Of a stretch of 64,000 nt of DNA, positions 26,080 to 39,899 are shown in pieces (the stretch's first letter is position 1; each line of letters opens with the position of its first letter). Origin of the DNA: Raillietiella orientalis. Taxonomy: Eukaryota. Made by a program: the position numbers and the translations under genes. The DNA lies in the NCBI GenBank assembly GCA_036172245.1, contig JAYWIR010000038.1, forward strand, positions 1,550,001 to 1,614,000. Reading direction: 5' to 3'. Under the pieces are notes generated by a model. The model made no database searches. It was not told the origin of the DNA and saw only the letters and a list, made by a program, of their open reading frames with translations.

Positions 26080-28320
26080 TCCAAACTCTCCTCAACAGGA
26101 GTCACAGACAGGCAGAGTGATCCCCTAGTAAGCAGCTCAAGAGTCTTTCTTCCCTCAGCCTCAGGGATGAATACAACAGACTCCAACTGGTCTCCTCCGA
26201 CACAGACGGAACTTATCTCACACGATTCCACTCTTGTTGGTAATCGGAAGGAATGCGGCATCCCAGGGCACTCGAACAGGGCTCGCCTCCGTAAGATGAA
26301 ATCTTCTTCGTGATTCTTCTGCGAAAGCCTCGAATCCACCAAGGAAGGTTTCGAAACTCCGCCCTTGGGAGGCTGATCACCTGAGAATGTACCAAACATC
26401 CCGCATTGTCTCTGAAATCCAAGCGATGGAGGAGGGAGAGGACGGCAGCCTCTCAGGCAAAAAAGAGATGGGTCCTCTCCCTATCCGCTACTCTCTTGAC
26501 TCCCGACAGTCCAGGGTCATCAGACGCTCATTTACGGCATCTCACCCATCCAGAGTGCTTTCAGTGGAAGGAGGGAAGAATTTGCTCCAGAAAGAGACCA
26601 CCAGTAATTTTGACGTGCACTGGATGTCGGAAGCAGCAACGAATGCCTACTTGTACTTTCGTTAGAACGAAAGTACCCCTGCGGGAAGAATGTATGTCTT
26701 GTAGGCTTCAAGCTGTAGGAAGGAGCCTTCCTCGAGAGACAGAGAAGGAACCCTCAGGAGAGACCACGTCTTGTTTCTGTTTCACTTGGACCCTTCCAAG
26801 GGCAACGAACTCCACGCCGACAGCCACGCAAGCTGGAAGACGCTGCTGCGCGTCTCCGGGAGTGTTTGGCATTAGGTTGCGCTCTCCTAGAGACCTCGAG
26901 TTCCCTCATTACCCTGTTTCTCTTCAGAATTCCTCAAACAAGCAATGGGGAGGAACGAACTACGGAAAAGATCGCAGGATCAACTTCCGCCGTAGGCCAG
27001 ATATCCACAGCATCCAGAGGAGCAAGAGAGGGCGGCACCCAAGGCTGTATCCATGGAAAAAAACAAACCTCAGTCCAGCTGCAAGGCAGAGTGAATCTCG
27101 GACGGAGGAACACTTACAACGATGGAAACCGTGGAAAAGCTGTATAGAGACTTCTGCCGCTGCACAATATATTCCTGAAGAAGGAAAAGCAAGGGATCTC
27201 CTATTCCTTGCTCATTTCTTCTTCTCCTCCCATAGATAGCAAGGATTCGTTTTGCTGAGCAGGCCTTCCCAGAGGCACTCTTCTTCAAGAAAAAGGGAAA
27301 AGAAGGGATTTCGTTTTCGTTTCCTTTAGAGATCCGACCTCTACAGCTCGTGGGACACAAGAAGATCGAGTGGTAGCTGAGACGGAGTGTTATGCGTTCC
27401 TGCTTCCTTGGAAGGATAAATTAGAGTTGGGTGGCATCCCGCTTGTCGGCTCGATCTCTTCCCCTTCCTTCTAGTGTTTAGTTACTGGCTGCCTCCGTGT
27501 CAAAGAGAACACTGCTTCTCTGACCTTCGAGGGGATCTCGGCAGCACGCAAGGACGTGCGCCTCTCCGAGAGGGCTTCTCCCCTTTCACTTTCAGTCACC
27601 GGTTAGGCGCTCCTGACCTTGAGTAGTCGGTCACCCGCACGCTTGCGCTCTCGTCAAATTCCATCGGATGATGGTTGTCATCTTTCCCGAAAGTGGGTTC
27701 CTCATCCATTCTCGACTCCATCCCTCCACCCGGCCTTTTTTCTCTCCTGGGTAGAAGAGCAACTCGATAGTTACTCTCTGAAGCCTGTACTTGTTCCTCT
27801 TCGCTCGATTTTTCGACCACCTGCATCCTCGGGGATTGTGCGAACTCTCACTCCCTGACCGAGATAATGTGGACACCCGAGAAATGATGCGGAGAAGAAA
27901 GTGCGAGGGAAGCTGAGAACCCGTGTTGTTCCGAGCAAGGGGACCCAGGGGAATGTGCGGACCTGCACTTTGCGAGATACACTCATTCTATGGACGTCCA
28001 CCAATCTCTGGACTCTTCCATCTTTCAAGAAGGACAAGGGACTTTCCTAGCTCCCAGAAAGCAACCTTCCACAGAGGCTCATTGATAGTGAGAAGGGTGA
28101 ATCTTCTTGGGATGTTGCTGAACCACCGTCGGAGAAGCTGCGGCAGGAACGGAAAAGGGCCACTTCTGCCTAAGGTGAACTCCAGACACAGACAGCGAAG
28201 CAAGAAAGATCCTTTTTAGTGCATGCAAGGGGATCGAGAGGAAGACTTTAGCACACCACAGTCTAACAGATTGAGGATCCAGGAACAGATGATCTTGGTT
28301 GGTGGGCCTCGTCTACTTCG
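26080..28320 (+). mobile_element. Degenerate Utopia/NeSL-like retrotransposon
   Basis: In correct order: GVTDRQSDPL, IQAMEEGE, EAATNAYLY, KPWKSCIETS...HFFFSSHR, then finger and RLE remnants at 27900-28320. Confidence 0.6.
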
Positions 28321-28596
28321 CCTCCGGCGGTGACCTGCTCACCCTTTCGATCCAGCTCCAAGGCAGGAGACAGTCGAGTTCAGAGACAGGAAGACTGCGC
28401 AGCCGAATATGCTGAGTAACTAGGCAGCTCCTGATTGCTTGTTTGAGGAATTCTGAAGAGCAACAGGGTAATAAGGGAACTCGAGGTCTCTAGGAGACGG
28501 GAGGAGAGCGCAACCTAATGCCAAACACTCCCGGAGACGCGCAGCAGCGTCTTCCAGCTTGCGTGGCTGTCGGCGTGGAGTTCGTTGCCCTTGGAA
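26794..28596. repeat. Inverted repeat pair 26794-26946 / 28434-28596
   Basis: Near-identical apart from about 2 substitutions and a 10-nt indel at the ctcct microhomology. Confidence 0.95.
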
Positions 28597-28599
28597 ACT

Positions 28600-31000
28600 T
28601 GCATCATTCAATAATGATTTTGTGCACCGCGCAAGATTAGAACGATGGCCCCGTGGTGTCATCACTGGAGAGTGAAACCAACACTGAGGTTTTTGTTTTA
28701 TTCCTGACGATAGCGTTGGGACTGACTGTATTCCAGCTACCAAATAAAAAGACCTCCGAGCATCCCCGTGAACTACGGATGTTTGGATGACCTCCATAGC
28801 TCCAGTAGTTGGCTCTTCGCGGTTCTCAGGATAGAGAATTGATGAGAAAAATGAAGATCCTGCAGCCGTACCTCGACGGAATGAGCTGGATGCCCCTTCT
28901 GGCGTTGCTTTTTCAGAGTGCTAGCAATGGGGCTTCCTACTGTTGTTCCTAGGATAAGATACAGCCGTGGTGACTATTATACCCACAAATTGGGAGATCT
29001 CGCTGATGAAGCAAACGCCCAGGACATTGACATCCAAGTGCATTCAAGTTAGGTACTGACCGATGAGGATGTGGGCGGAAGATACCCGGAAATTATTCCA
29101 TAACCGCATGAGGGCAGAATAAGGTGGGCATGGTGGGAAGGCAAAGGAGGCCCTTCAATCCTCTATTCGACATAACCCCCTCCGCTCACTCAACAGACAG
29201 AATTGGAACTGAAAGGCAAACATCTCAAGGTGGGAGCTGCACGGAGCTTTCGAGACCAAACAAAAGACATTGCCTGCCTAAACTGTCTCAGCCTTGAACT
29301 TCGATTAGGATTTGATCCAGGTGAGATTGCTGGACCTCAATAAAGCTTTATGAGTCTTCTTCAGTTGATTTCTCGCCCCCGGCCTGCCTGCCGATGTCGT
29401 CCAAATTCCTTCCGAAATGTGAACTTTGGAATTTGATGATCAAACATTGAGAACTCAGTGGCAAGTGTGGATCGCTCACAGGGAGTGGATCCTCTCGTTG
29501 CGATCCACAGATGCAGGGGAAAAAAAAAGATGCAAGCGCATACAACTTCTGAAAGGAAGTGCTCCTCTCACGTGCACCACCATACCGAACCGACAGATTC
29601 CACGCCGGTCCGAGCAACCGCAAACCAGCTAAATCCTGGATGTTCCAGAAATAAATGCGCCGTAATGTTTTACAAGGAAACCATGTTTTATCGGTTTGCT
29701 CCATTGGGTGACAGGGAGAAAAAGCAAGTCCGAAGATGCAAGGATAAGAGAGAGGATAGAGATAGAAAGAGCATAGATAGAGAGAGCATGATCAGTAATC
29801 CTTGGGGTGCTTCCACGGACGGTTTCTTGGCCGAAATCGAGCAGGGAGTTGAGAGGATCACCATTGAAGAGTACATCTCGGAGGCATCACGTTCTCGACC
29901 ATGCTGCATCCTCCCGTGTAAGGGGCTTCAGAATCAAATGATGACCACACTCAGTCTGCAACGACGTTGCGCGAGGCGCTGCAGGTGTAATCGAGCCCTC
30001 GGAGGTCAGTTCTTGAGTCCACGGCCGAGGAGTATGAAAGGGTCGCAAGCAGCGGGGCAGAATTGTTCACATCACTGGCGGTGTGCTCTGCTAAGACGGG
30101 CTGTGCGCATTTTCCTGCCCAAAGAATGAACCACATGAACCACCACCCCGGAATCAAAAACCCGTCGCCAAGCCGAGTACACGAAAGTCCGGAGATGCAG
30201 GTGCCCGAAAGAGTACCTCGATAGAATTCCTCCGATACCAGGGCTGAATTTCGGGAGATCCCTGCTTGAGAAGAAAAAATCGAAGCGCTTTCGAGACAGA
30301 GGTATTCCAGCTTACTAAAAAAACACGCAAAGTCTTCCGGGCTAAACCATTAAGGAAGGATTTCGGAAAAGACCAGTAGACCCGACGAAGAGCTGTGGGA
30401 TACCAAAGCTGCACCGGATCAACACGAATAAGCAAACCATGAGGGTTGTCCATGGCTTCGGGGAAACTCAGTGTAGCATCGCTGCTCTCGTTGACGAAGA
30501 GCACTTCAGGAATATATCTGAATCCGTAAATCCCTAGTTACCCAAGGATGCTGTAAGTATCAGGAAGAACATAAGCACCCTGGCTGACCTATCACTCTTG
30601 ATCAGGTTGCCTGCATCCTGTAGGAAACCGAAACTCCGCTTCCGGTTACGACCGTGTTCATGGTCGTTCAGACGAAAACCCCGTTCATCACCCTTAAAGT
30701 ATGCCTTCAGATTGAGATGTTGGGCCCCTCTCGTGCCAAACGTCCCCAGATGGAGGAGGACGTTTTGTTTCATTCCAGATGCATTATTCTGACTTATTTG
30801 CACAAGATTTCCATTTGCATTGTTTCTTGGCTAAGAATTTCGCATACTCACAGGAGACTGATTGGTGCTGTGAATCCAATATACTTGATTAGAAGGCAAC
30901 GCCACCAATGGATTTCGGGCACCGAAATCCATTGGCAGAGTCTCCCACCGAATTCGCTGGAAGCAGTCGGAACGGCTGCCTGGTAACACACTAACCTTTC
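28600..31000 (+). mobile_element. Degenerate R2-like retrotransposon pieces (RLE end, then RT of another copy)
   Basis: DIQVHS (for DAQVV) and KVGAARSF at 28900-29300. VERITIEEY, RIFLPK, a GVRQGDPLSP-like remnant and ILTYLHKI at 29800-30850. Confidence 0.4.
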
Positions 31001-31120
31001 CTCGGCAAGAAAAGTTTCCCCTCTAGGACGAGATGCGAGTGGAAACCTGCATCTGAGTCGATTCTGAAGAGCGGGAGCGGAAATCTTGCAAGAAGGCCTG
31101 AAAGCAAGAGAAGGCGGAGG

Positions 31121-33480
31121 ATGGATTCGGAAAAAGGACATTCGGGACTCCAACAGGGATCCGTCCACCTCGATTTAGTCCAGTTCCCGTGCTTCAAAGG
31201 AGTATTGAGGGGAGTCGAACAGCAGTGCCCATTGAGCACCCCGCTCTTTAACTTGGCCGTTGGCTTCATCTTGGGTTGTCCCTTCCGGAAGGCCCATTTC
31301 AGCGTGAGGGTGATCCAGTCATGTGGGCCAATCCAGAAGAGGGGCTACGCACTCGTCACAGACTCTGAGGTTCTGCCAAGCGGATCGTAGATTCAATCAA
31401 GAGCAGACGCCTAACAAATTCATCTTCAATTCTGAAGCTGCACTGCCAAGAAGAACCAGAAACACCGCCTTCAGGATTGGCGGACGCGTGGCACCAAGCG
31501 TTGTAGGTTCGAATCCCGCCTGAGAAAGGAAGGGCCGACTCCGAGAAATGGGTTTCTAATCCCCCCGGATTCTGGTTAGCTTTGCGTGCGGCTGCCCTGA
31601 TGGAATCCGGAAACCCTCGGATGTCTGGGTTGACTGGCCTGGATTGAGAGTGGTCCTCTGGGATCGTTCCAGGAATCAAGGAGCGCTGGTTCCCTTCGAG
31701 GTTCTTCTCCGGTTGTGAAAATGGACCGTCCCATTTTTCTGGATGGACGACGACTCTCTATCGCGTGCCATGGAGTTGGTCGACACCCCTCTCTGGAATC
31801 GCTTCTTCGGAGTGCCAGAAGCGCACTGCTCCCTTCAGGGAGCGCCCCTCAGAGGAGGGAACGGAGAGCGGTTCCCTTGCAGATGTCCTCCGGAGAAGGA
31901 ATTCCAGGAGCGGATCCTTTTCGGATTCCCTCTGGAATTCCCTTCAGAGACAGCCAGGGCGTTGTCTCCGAAGAGTTCCCGCAGCTTCCTCTTCGGCTCT
32001 AGAGATGCGTGCAAAAACTTCGGAAAGTCTGTCGGATGTGGAAGCCTCTCGGCAGAGCTTTTCAAGCACCAGCTGCTGGGGAAGAATCCTCACTCTTTCC
32101 TTGGAGAAAGGTGGATGCCATGAGAGCCTTCTTCTTTCCATGACTCTTGCATTACAAGAAAGTCGGGCCGTTTAAGAATGGTCTCTCGAGACGCCAGCGT
32201 CCGCCGGCAGACTGGAAAACGTCGGATGCTGCCAAGTCGAGATGCAAGTGATTCTGTACACATAGAACGATTCAGAAAATGCTTCGGCCCTCGCGACCTC
32301 TAGGCAGAGCAGACAACTTTGTAGCTGCTTCGAGCTGTGGACTTCAGGAGATCCGGAAGCTCGAGAGCGAGCACAAGGCACCCTGAGGGCGGTAGCCAGT
32401 CGTGTTACATGTTGCAGTGGACAAATGCATCGGATTTGGCACAAGGAATTTTCAGACGACGGGGTTTCGAGCCTCCGGGCATCTGCGGGCAATCTGGCAG
32501 TTCAGTAGCGGCAGGTCCAAGAATCGCCTCCTTCCCTGAACGCATGCGCGGGAAACTCGCATTGAATTGCCCACGCTCCAGAGCAAGGCAAGCCACCTAG
32601 GAGGCGATGTTCTGCATCGGTTGGCATTGCGCTCCCTGCCGCTTTCTCTCTTCCGACGACAACTGCGCTCATTTTACCGATTAGCTTCTCGACGCTTGGT
32701 TCCACTTCTGGACGAGTCACGTCAACCAGGGACGATGTACAGAAGGCGTGAGAATCAGAAAGAAGATTTTCGGCAGACCATCAACCATTGCACCTGTAAC
32801 TCCTATGGAATCGCGAAGAGTCACGATAAGTTGACCTGAAAGGTCAAGAGGATCACCATGTGCCAGCGGCAGCCGCTCCCCTTTAGTCGGCTCATTCTCA
32901 GAATGCACTTCAGCCTTCCTTCGCAGCCGGTGAATCAAAGATGAGATCGGGGCATCATGCTCGACCTAACTTGCTATTTCGAAAACTAGACGTGAATTAT
33001 AGGAGCTTCCAGGAAAAGGAGGAAGGGACTCTCTGGAACGTTTTCCCGAAGGAGTTTTCACTTCGGAGCGTTCTCTCGATCTCTAGGCCCGTGGGACCTT
33101 CGGTTCCTCGAAACAGAGTCCTGCAGGAAGCAATGATCCTGCAGAGGCAAGTCGATCTTCTGAGGTGGGGAATGTTCTTTGGTCGCATCCGGAACTCCTG
33201 CTTGATCTATTGAGAACATCGCTTGGCTTACTTCCAGTATGGTGCATATCAAAGCAACCCCAAACACCAAAATTCCGAACAATAAAAAGCCCGACAGATC
33301 CTAAAAACATATTAGAAATTAAAATAATAATATGTATGTTAAAATAAATTTGCATATTGATCTATATGTAAGTATATATGTTAATAATAAGTACATATAG
33401 TAATTTTATAATCTTTGCAATATATATTATTCTATGAATTAATCTATACAGAAATATACATATTAACATATATGTGTTTA
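31121..33480 (+). mobile_element. Degenerate Utopia/NeSL-like retrotransposon(s), RT to 3' UTR
   Basis: RGVEQQCPLSTPLFNLAV is a clear GVxQGCPLSPxLFN RT motif. The C-terminus reads ARPNLLF...VGPSVPRNRVLQ..RIRNSCLIY*EHR. AT-rich 3' UTR at 33280-33480. Probably two nested copies. Confidence 0.72.
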
Positions 33481-33559
33481 TTTTCAAGAAGGATTTTGGG
33501 TTGTTCGGTCTTTCGAACCGAATTCCATTGGGTAAGTTCCCAGCCCTACCACCTCCTAG

Positions 33560-34800
33560 GAAGACACCCAAGGAGGCATTTGTGGAAACCTATAACAGCC
33601 CCTATGAATTCCTGGACCATTCGTAGAGCCTTTTGCGGGAACTGCTGAGCATCACCCATTAGCCCAACGAGGCATTTTCCCGTTACACTCGATGAAATCT
33701 CATGGGGGCTCACTGGCTAGCACGGAATCACCCTCAAGAACCACAGCCTCTTTGGGCGGCTCACCCATGTCGGAAAGGAGACAGGAAGAGGCCAGACGGA
33801 TGGCGGAGAAGAGTGGAAGATCAGTACCATCATGGTCGCAGTCCACTCGGTGGCATGTGTGGACCAATTGCTGCTTCCTGCTCTGATCCCGAAATGCAGA
33901 GTCCCAGATTGCCTGTTCCAGCCCTACTACGTCTTCCGACCCTGAAGGTGTCTTCCCTTCCGAGGAGCTGCCCATCTGCTTCGATGGCTTTCTGTGTTTG
34001 CGTCTTTTGCAATCTTCCCATGGAGCGAATCGGGGTGGAAAATGAGCCAGACCAGGCCACGCCTCGAACAAGAGGTGGTCCCATTTCTCCTTCCTTCCTG
34101 GTCCGAGCTGTTCTGCCTGAATGAGTGGACGACCCCCTGGAGCCCTGAGTTTCCATGGGGACGTATGCATCCCTAAGATTGGAGAAGTCACTCCTAGCCC
34201 TGGGGCATCTTCGTTTTCCATTGCAAAGGGTGTGCAGCTTATCCGAGCTTTGCCCGCACCGACGACCCAGAGCGACTTCTCCGCTGCCCTGCGCGGTGGG
34301 CGACCCCAGGCCGGCCCCTGTTGTCCAAAGCCTCTTGGGGACCGCTCCCTCCCTGGGCCGACATGTGCAGTAGGCGTCTCCCCCATACTGTGGAAGGAAA
34401 GGGGGTGAGAAAGACTGAGACAAATAGAGGGAGGGGAAAGTTTCCCCGAAGCGTTTCAGGTGTCCATCGACGGCTGGAACGCGCGCCTCCTACGGGACTG
34501 CAGGATCCACCGCCCTTGCATACGGGAGATGCGTGACAGAGACCTGTCTTCAACAAAGCAGCAGTACCCTCTGCCCAGGACCCAGTGAGGTCTCCGAGAT
34601 CCTTCCGCTGCGACGGTACAGCTCGCCGCGTGGGGAGGCCCACAGGTCTCTAAGGCAAGTGGGTCGGGCCCCTTGTCGCTTCAGACTTGTCACCACCAGG
34701 CGTACGATCGCCCTCTGCACGTCCACTGTACTGACCAGCTTTGTAAGGGGACAAGGAAGCATCGCAGGATGATCCTTTCTCCCCGAGTTGACCAGGCTAG
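33560..34800 (-). mobile_element. Degenerate RT fragment
   Basis: ARSDFSNLRDAYVP (for AWLDLxNAFGSVP) plus weaker flanking motifs. Confidence 0.35.
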
Positions 34801-35079
34801 TCATCTAAAGTGATGTTTGCAGCTGGAAGACCGATGCGTGCATGAACGAAGCCAAAGGGACCGCTCTCGCCAGGGGCACAACCAGGAGGAGAGGAGGTCA
34901 ATGAGGGACAGTCAACAGACTAATAAGTGGGAAATGAGGTGGGCCAACCCATGTTGAGGGCACCCCTGTCGGGTATTGGGCGAGCCGACCTGCTCGCAGC
35001 AGCTCTTGGTCTCCCCGGTACTCCGCTTCCTGAATTAGACGGCGAACGGGATTCTCCCCTTGGAGGAACTCCCGTTCTC

Positions 35080-35335
35080 TTTCTCCATTCTGGCGGCCAC
35101 CGCTGCTCTCACATCACCAAGGATTGTGTGGGAGAAGGCAGAGGCCGGAAGAGCCTGGAGGAGGGAGCATCTTTTCATGTAGGTCCTATGGGGCGGCACC
35201 ACCGAGGGCCTCGGCAATTCGCTCCCATCGCCGGTACGGGCTTTCTCATGCCGGGAGCACGTGCAGGCAAGATTGCCACCACCACGCAGAGAGCACTCTT
35301 CTTGGGGTAGTTCTCGGTGATGTGTTTCCTCGTTC
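35080..35335 (-). repeat. ~260 bp dispersed repeat, copy 2
   Basis: Reverse complement aligns with 3956-4217. Confidence 0.9.
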
Positions 35336-35399
35336 AAGGAGAGCGCGCGTCCGGTGCATCGGCACATGGTGAGGCGGTCAGCTGGCAGCATGAAAGGAG

Positions 35400-38100
35400 A
35401 AGGTCGAGGTGACGATGAGAAAGTCCGGGGGTGCTCTAAGTTTCCTCCTAGCTCGGTTCATAGAAGACTCGGTCCATCTCTGCGGGCCCTCGGCATTAAA
35501 ACACAGACTGTCAAGATCGTGTTCATCGAGAGAACGCTTCGCCTACCCCCTCCCCATTCTGATTTACCGATGTGGATCCGTTGGCCCACCCACTTCACTG
35601 CCGCTCACTTCCAAGGTGGAAACGCCCCGAGGATGGACGGTTCCCGTATCAGAGGTAAGTTGACCTTCTCTTTAAAAAGGAAGTGCCATTTGCTTGTTTA
35701 TTCAAATAGATGGCCCGAGGCAGCCGGGACGAGCATGGAATCTTGGTTGGAGAAAATGCGTCCCTCCCTCAGTTCTTGGGATAGCAAAAAAAAAGGCAAA
35801 GGAGTGGATGCAATGAAGAAGTCTACTTGGAATGTGAAGAGAACGGGATGAGTTGAGCTATCTTGGTGTTCCCGAAAGGAAACGACTCCCAGATGCCTTC
35901 TTCCGCATCTGGTTCGTTCCCGGAATTCGCTGGACCCGGCCCATTCTCTTTGCTAGCCGCCATTCCCAAATCCTCCAGTGACGTCCCCGGTGCAGGATTC
36001 ACGGACAGCGAATCCTTTTTCACCTGAATGCAGACTCTGGAAGCATCACGGGAACGGGATCTTTTCTCGGCCCCTTTGGGGAAGAGTCTCGCAGGGAAAG
36101 AAGGGACGGGGTCGTCCGGAGCCTCCTTTTCTCCTTCTTACTGCGCTTGTCGCGGGCATTGGGAAGCGGAGCTTCACCTAGGATTCTTCCTCCCCAGAGG
36201 AAACGAAACACTGCTGCGGGTACGCATCCTCACCTCTGGCTCGTTTTCTCGTTCCTGGCCCCATCTTCCTCGACCGTGGATACGAAAAACGTTCCCTGTC
36301 CTCTTCGCGGCCGGATGCTACACGTGTGCGCCTCGCAGATTCCAATAAAACCCTTCTTCGCACCTTTTTTGACCCCTTTAGGAACAGTTCCTCATCTAAG
36401 GCGTCTTTTCTGCGTATTACCTCTTCTGGAGGGTCCCGAAAAGGAACGAGAGCCGGGTGCGTCGTGTGTTTCGAGTCCTCCCCTTAGAACACTTGCAGGC
36501 TCGTGGGCTCCTGTTGGACACAGGGATGACGCTTATGCACTCACAAGACTTGACCGTCGACTAGCTGGAATAGAGACCCTTTTAGAAGTAACCGGAGCTT
36601 CCGGGTTCCGCTCCAGTTGGTGTCAAGAAGTCGATACCCCGTTTCGGGATGCTCTCCATCGTGTCATGTGGAATGGCTCTACCCCTATGGAGCGTCCCCT
36701 CCAGTTCGTGGGCAGCGCACTCCCTTCGGAATTCTCTTCGAGGAAGTAAAACAAGGAGCGGTCCTTTCCTAGGTTTCCCAATGGCTGGGTTACACGCAAC
36801 CTAGGGTGGCGTGACCTTGTTCAAAAGAGCCTATCGAGATGTCGCCGAGCCCGCTCGATACCCTGTCGGGGTGAGTCGTTCCTGAGTACTTGGAGAACCG
36901 AAACAGAAAGAAGCACGCACACGGAGATGCTGGAAGGAAATCTGCAAATAGCAGAACGCTGAAAGCAATTTTCCCATCCTAGGTCAAATGGTAACGATCT
37001 CCTCGTGAGGTCGCTACTGTGGTCTTTTTTCTAAAAAAAAGGAAAAAAAAGAAAAGAAAAAAGAACGAACGATTGTGCGGTTTTACTCCTTGATGCACCC
37101 TGGGAGAATAATTTTCATGGGATGCAGTCTCCTCCAAACAAGAGTTGGATTCTGTGCCCGTAGACGCGCGCGACCCCAGTGCAAGTTTCAGAATTTCCTC
37201 TTCCTTCCCCCTCCCATTTTCCTCGTCTCTGCGCTTTGTAGCCACCCGTGCATGGAATCCCCCCTTCCCTCAGTTCCTGACGCGCTGAGAGTTTCCGTTT
37301 CCATGGAACACACAGCATCTCGTAGATGCAACTTTCATGACCAAGACGAAACGAATCTCATAGAGATCGGATGCGATGATGAAGATCAGTAGTCACGGGA
37401 CGGAGGATTGCATGGACCAACGTAGTATACAAGGAGGCCAGAAGCGCACCGTATCGCAAAAGAATGTTGCACAATGGCTGTTCCTTTGGCCGAGCACGGC
37501 AGCTGCACGGCGCTCACCTCGAGGATCGCGTATTTCCCTGGCCGCTGCTTTCGGGTCTTCCGGAACGGCGTGCTTTGTTGGTTCACCGGGCAGCGGGCAG
37601 TGGGCTCACCTCCCTCTGCATATCTCCTGCCTGGCGATAGTCGCGCGCACATCGTGATGCGGCAGGCGAGATGCAGCGATGAGCTTCAAGACTGGGGCGG
37701 CACGGGTCCGTCCGTCGTGATCGACCTGGTCCTCCTTGGAATGCACCTGTCCGGGTGCATCTGCTCCGACACTCCGCGGATGCCCATCGTGCGCCTCTCT
37801 TCCTCCCCTTTTTCATGCTGCCTATATGCGGCGTTTCTCTGCTCCTTGTCTAGCCTTCTTTGCTCCCTTCCCGCTATTGGACATGGGAGTCACCGCGCTC
37901 TCCCGTTCTCACGACATGTGCGCTTACCCGCCACCCCAACCCCGCCCTACATCTGATGGCACCCAGCGCGGGTAGAGAGCAGTCGAAAGCATCCAAGCTG
38001 GGAGAGGCTGCTTCGAGAGCTCCCGCGGGGTGCACGCCGTTCATTCAGCTTCTCCTGCACACCCGTCCGGTGCGCGTGCGGTATCGAGATCCAAGCGGTA
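35400..38100 (+). mobile_element. Degenerate non-LTR retrotransposon (RT to finger)
   Basis: Ordered remnants FAGPGP, LWK..QGKKG..RP, SPEETK..G, AGIETLL and a YLG-like motif. Heavily frameshifted. Confidence 0.5.
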
Positions 38101-39899
38101 TCAGAAGCCAGACGCTAATAATGTAGGTTGCCGGGGTTACCATTTTCCTTAAATGGCGTTTCGAAGGACGACTCTGAGCGTTAACAGCAGTAATAAAATG
38201 GAAATTTTCATCTCGGCAAATCGGGGAACGATCTGTCACTGAAAACACAAGAGCGACTCGAAAAAGATCTGATAAGACCTCGGGTGCCTGTTGTTGCTGG
38301 GAAGGCCAGTGTTGCACCTTTATTGGAAGACGCGCAAAAAAAAATTCAGCTTTCTTTCTTCTTCTTCTTTCTTTCTTTCTTTTCTTGCTTTCTTTTTTTT
38401 TTTTCTTTTTTGTAAGTATCCAGCTGTTGAAGCTGTGAAATGTGTCGAGTCTTTTCCTGCTTCTCAAAACCTGTCGTTTCTTTGCGTTCGTTCTCCGCTT
38501 CCATGGCACTGCATCCGTGGTCGAAGAGAAGCTGACTAGAAAACGAGCTGCTACGAGAGCTGCCTTCTGACTGATCTTCCTGCTAGTTTCTTCCTCCAAC
38601 ATTCAGTCTGCCCCGGGATGGGGGGGGAGGACTGGAGCGCTGCACAAATTCGCCACCGCCTCTGAGATTGCCTTTCAGCGCTCAACCCTCGGTAGTCTTC
38701 AGGAGGGATCAGTCCCGTTCTCTAGAATGCTCGCTCGCTTGAGTCGCGGTCTCAGCCACGTTGGGAGTTCCGACAGGAATCGAAAATTCGGCAAAGATCG
38801 AAATTGGACAGTCAGGAGTAGAATCCTTCCAGTACCTCACGGAGCAAGGTTCGTCCTGGAGTGAATCGAGATCAGCAATGGAAATGCTGACCAAGGATGG
38901 CTTCCATGCTTGCCGTTGTGATCTTCGGTCTCGGTTCTTTGAGAATGAGAAAATTTTTACGAACACATCGCTCTTCACCTTTTATTTGCCGCTATTTTGC
39001 CCTGCTGGGTTTATGCGCATCTTCGAGCCATCGGCTTTCATCTTTCGTGCCCCAATAGAAACCGGTAAAAGAAGGGTAAAGCAGACCTCACGAAACACGT
39101 CTGAAATGGTAGTAAAGCTTGCGAGCGAGAGGCATACGGATGCAAGCACGTCCCCCTATCGCAACGTTACCTGGTAGCGAGCAGCCGTGGTACCTGGCTG
39201 CCGCCACCACTCTGTCGTAGCAGAAAGGTCCCTTCCACTTCCCACGTCAGACAGACTGACGTCCAGCCTCCCAGGAACATCAGGAGCCGAAGGCTTTCTT
39301 GCAGGCTGGTGGGAAGACAGGGTCGAGGAATCGAGCGCTTCCAGACGAAACCGCGAAGTCTGCCATCTTCTGGCCACTGTTCCCGGTCAGCCTTCATCCC
39401 TGGTCCGTCGCTCTCTCCCCGTAATGGTAAGGCGAAGAGCGCCGCACGAGCTTTCTCGCATCGCTGTGCGTTTCGCGTATTGACATTTGCAGTGTTTGCA
39501 GCAGCCGTGCCTCTCAACTTCTGTTTTTTGTGTACTGTGTGTATGTGTGTTTTTGTGTGTGGTTCCATTTGTGTGTGGCTGATCGAAGAACAAGTACGAA
39601 GCTACAAATCCAGTGAGAAATCGATCATCTGAAAATAACGGTGGCGATGCAGGGATGATACTTCAGCGCCTCCGTAAAGCAGAGAGTGGGGCTGCCGCTC
39701 TTGGAATTCTTCCAGTGTCCGCGCGAGGTGGATGCCATCCCGGAGGCATCCACCAAGCATCGGTCGAATTCGAGTCGAGATCGACCCTTCCAGACGACCA
39801 CCTACTCTGCCTGCGTCGTGGCGTGACGGTCCTCCTGCTTAGACAACAGCCGGGCACTCCAGATGTCTAAAACTCCCGAACTCTTCGAACCCGAACGAT

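Noticed and set aside
31490..31525. B-box GGTTCGAATCC and a T-arm-like string at 1-30 as tRNA genes
   Set aside because: No cloverleaf or properly spaced A-box.
33058..33282. Minus-strand ORF with a signal-peptide-like start (MFGILVFGVALICTIL)
   Set aside because: It is the antisense shadow of an RLE element C-terminus and 3' UTR.
36059..36089. Weak U2-like string atcttttctcggcccctttggggaagagtc (and aagatcaagcgcagttgctgt near 50984)
   Set aside because: Too many mismatches or gaps; the first lies within an RT-relic frame.
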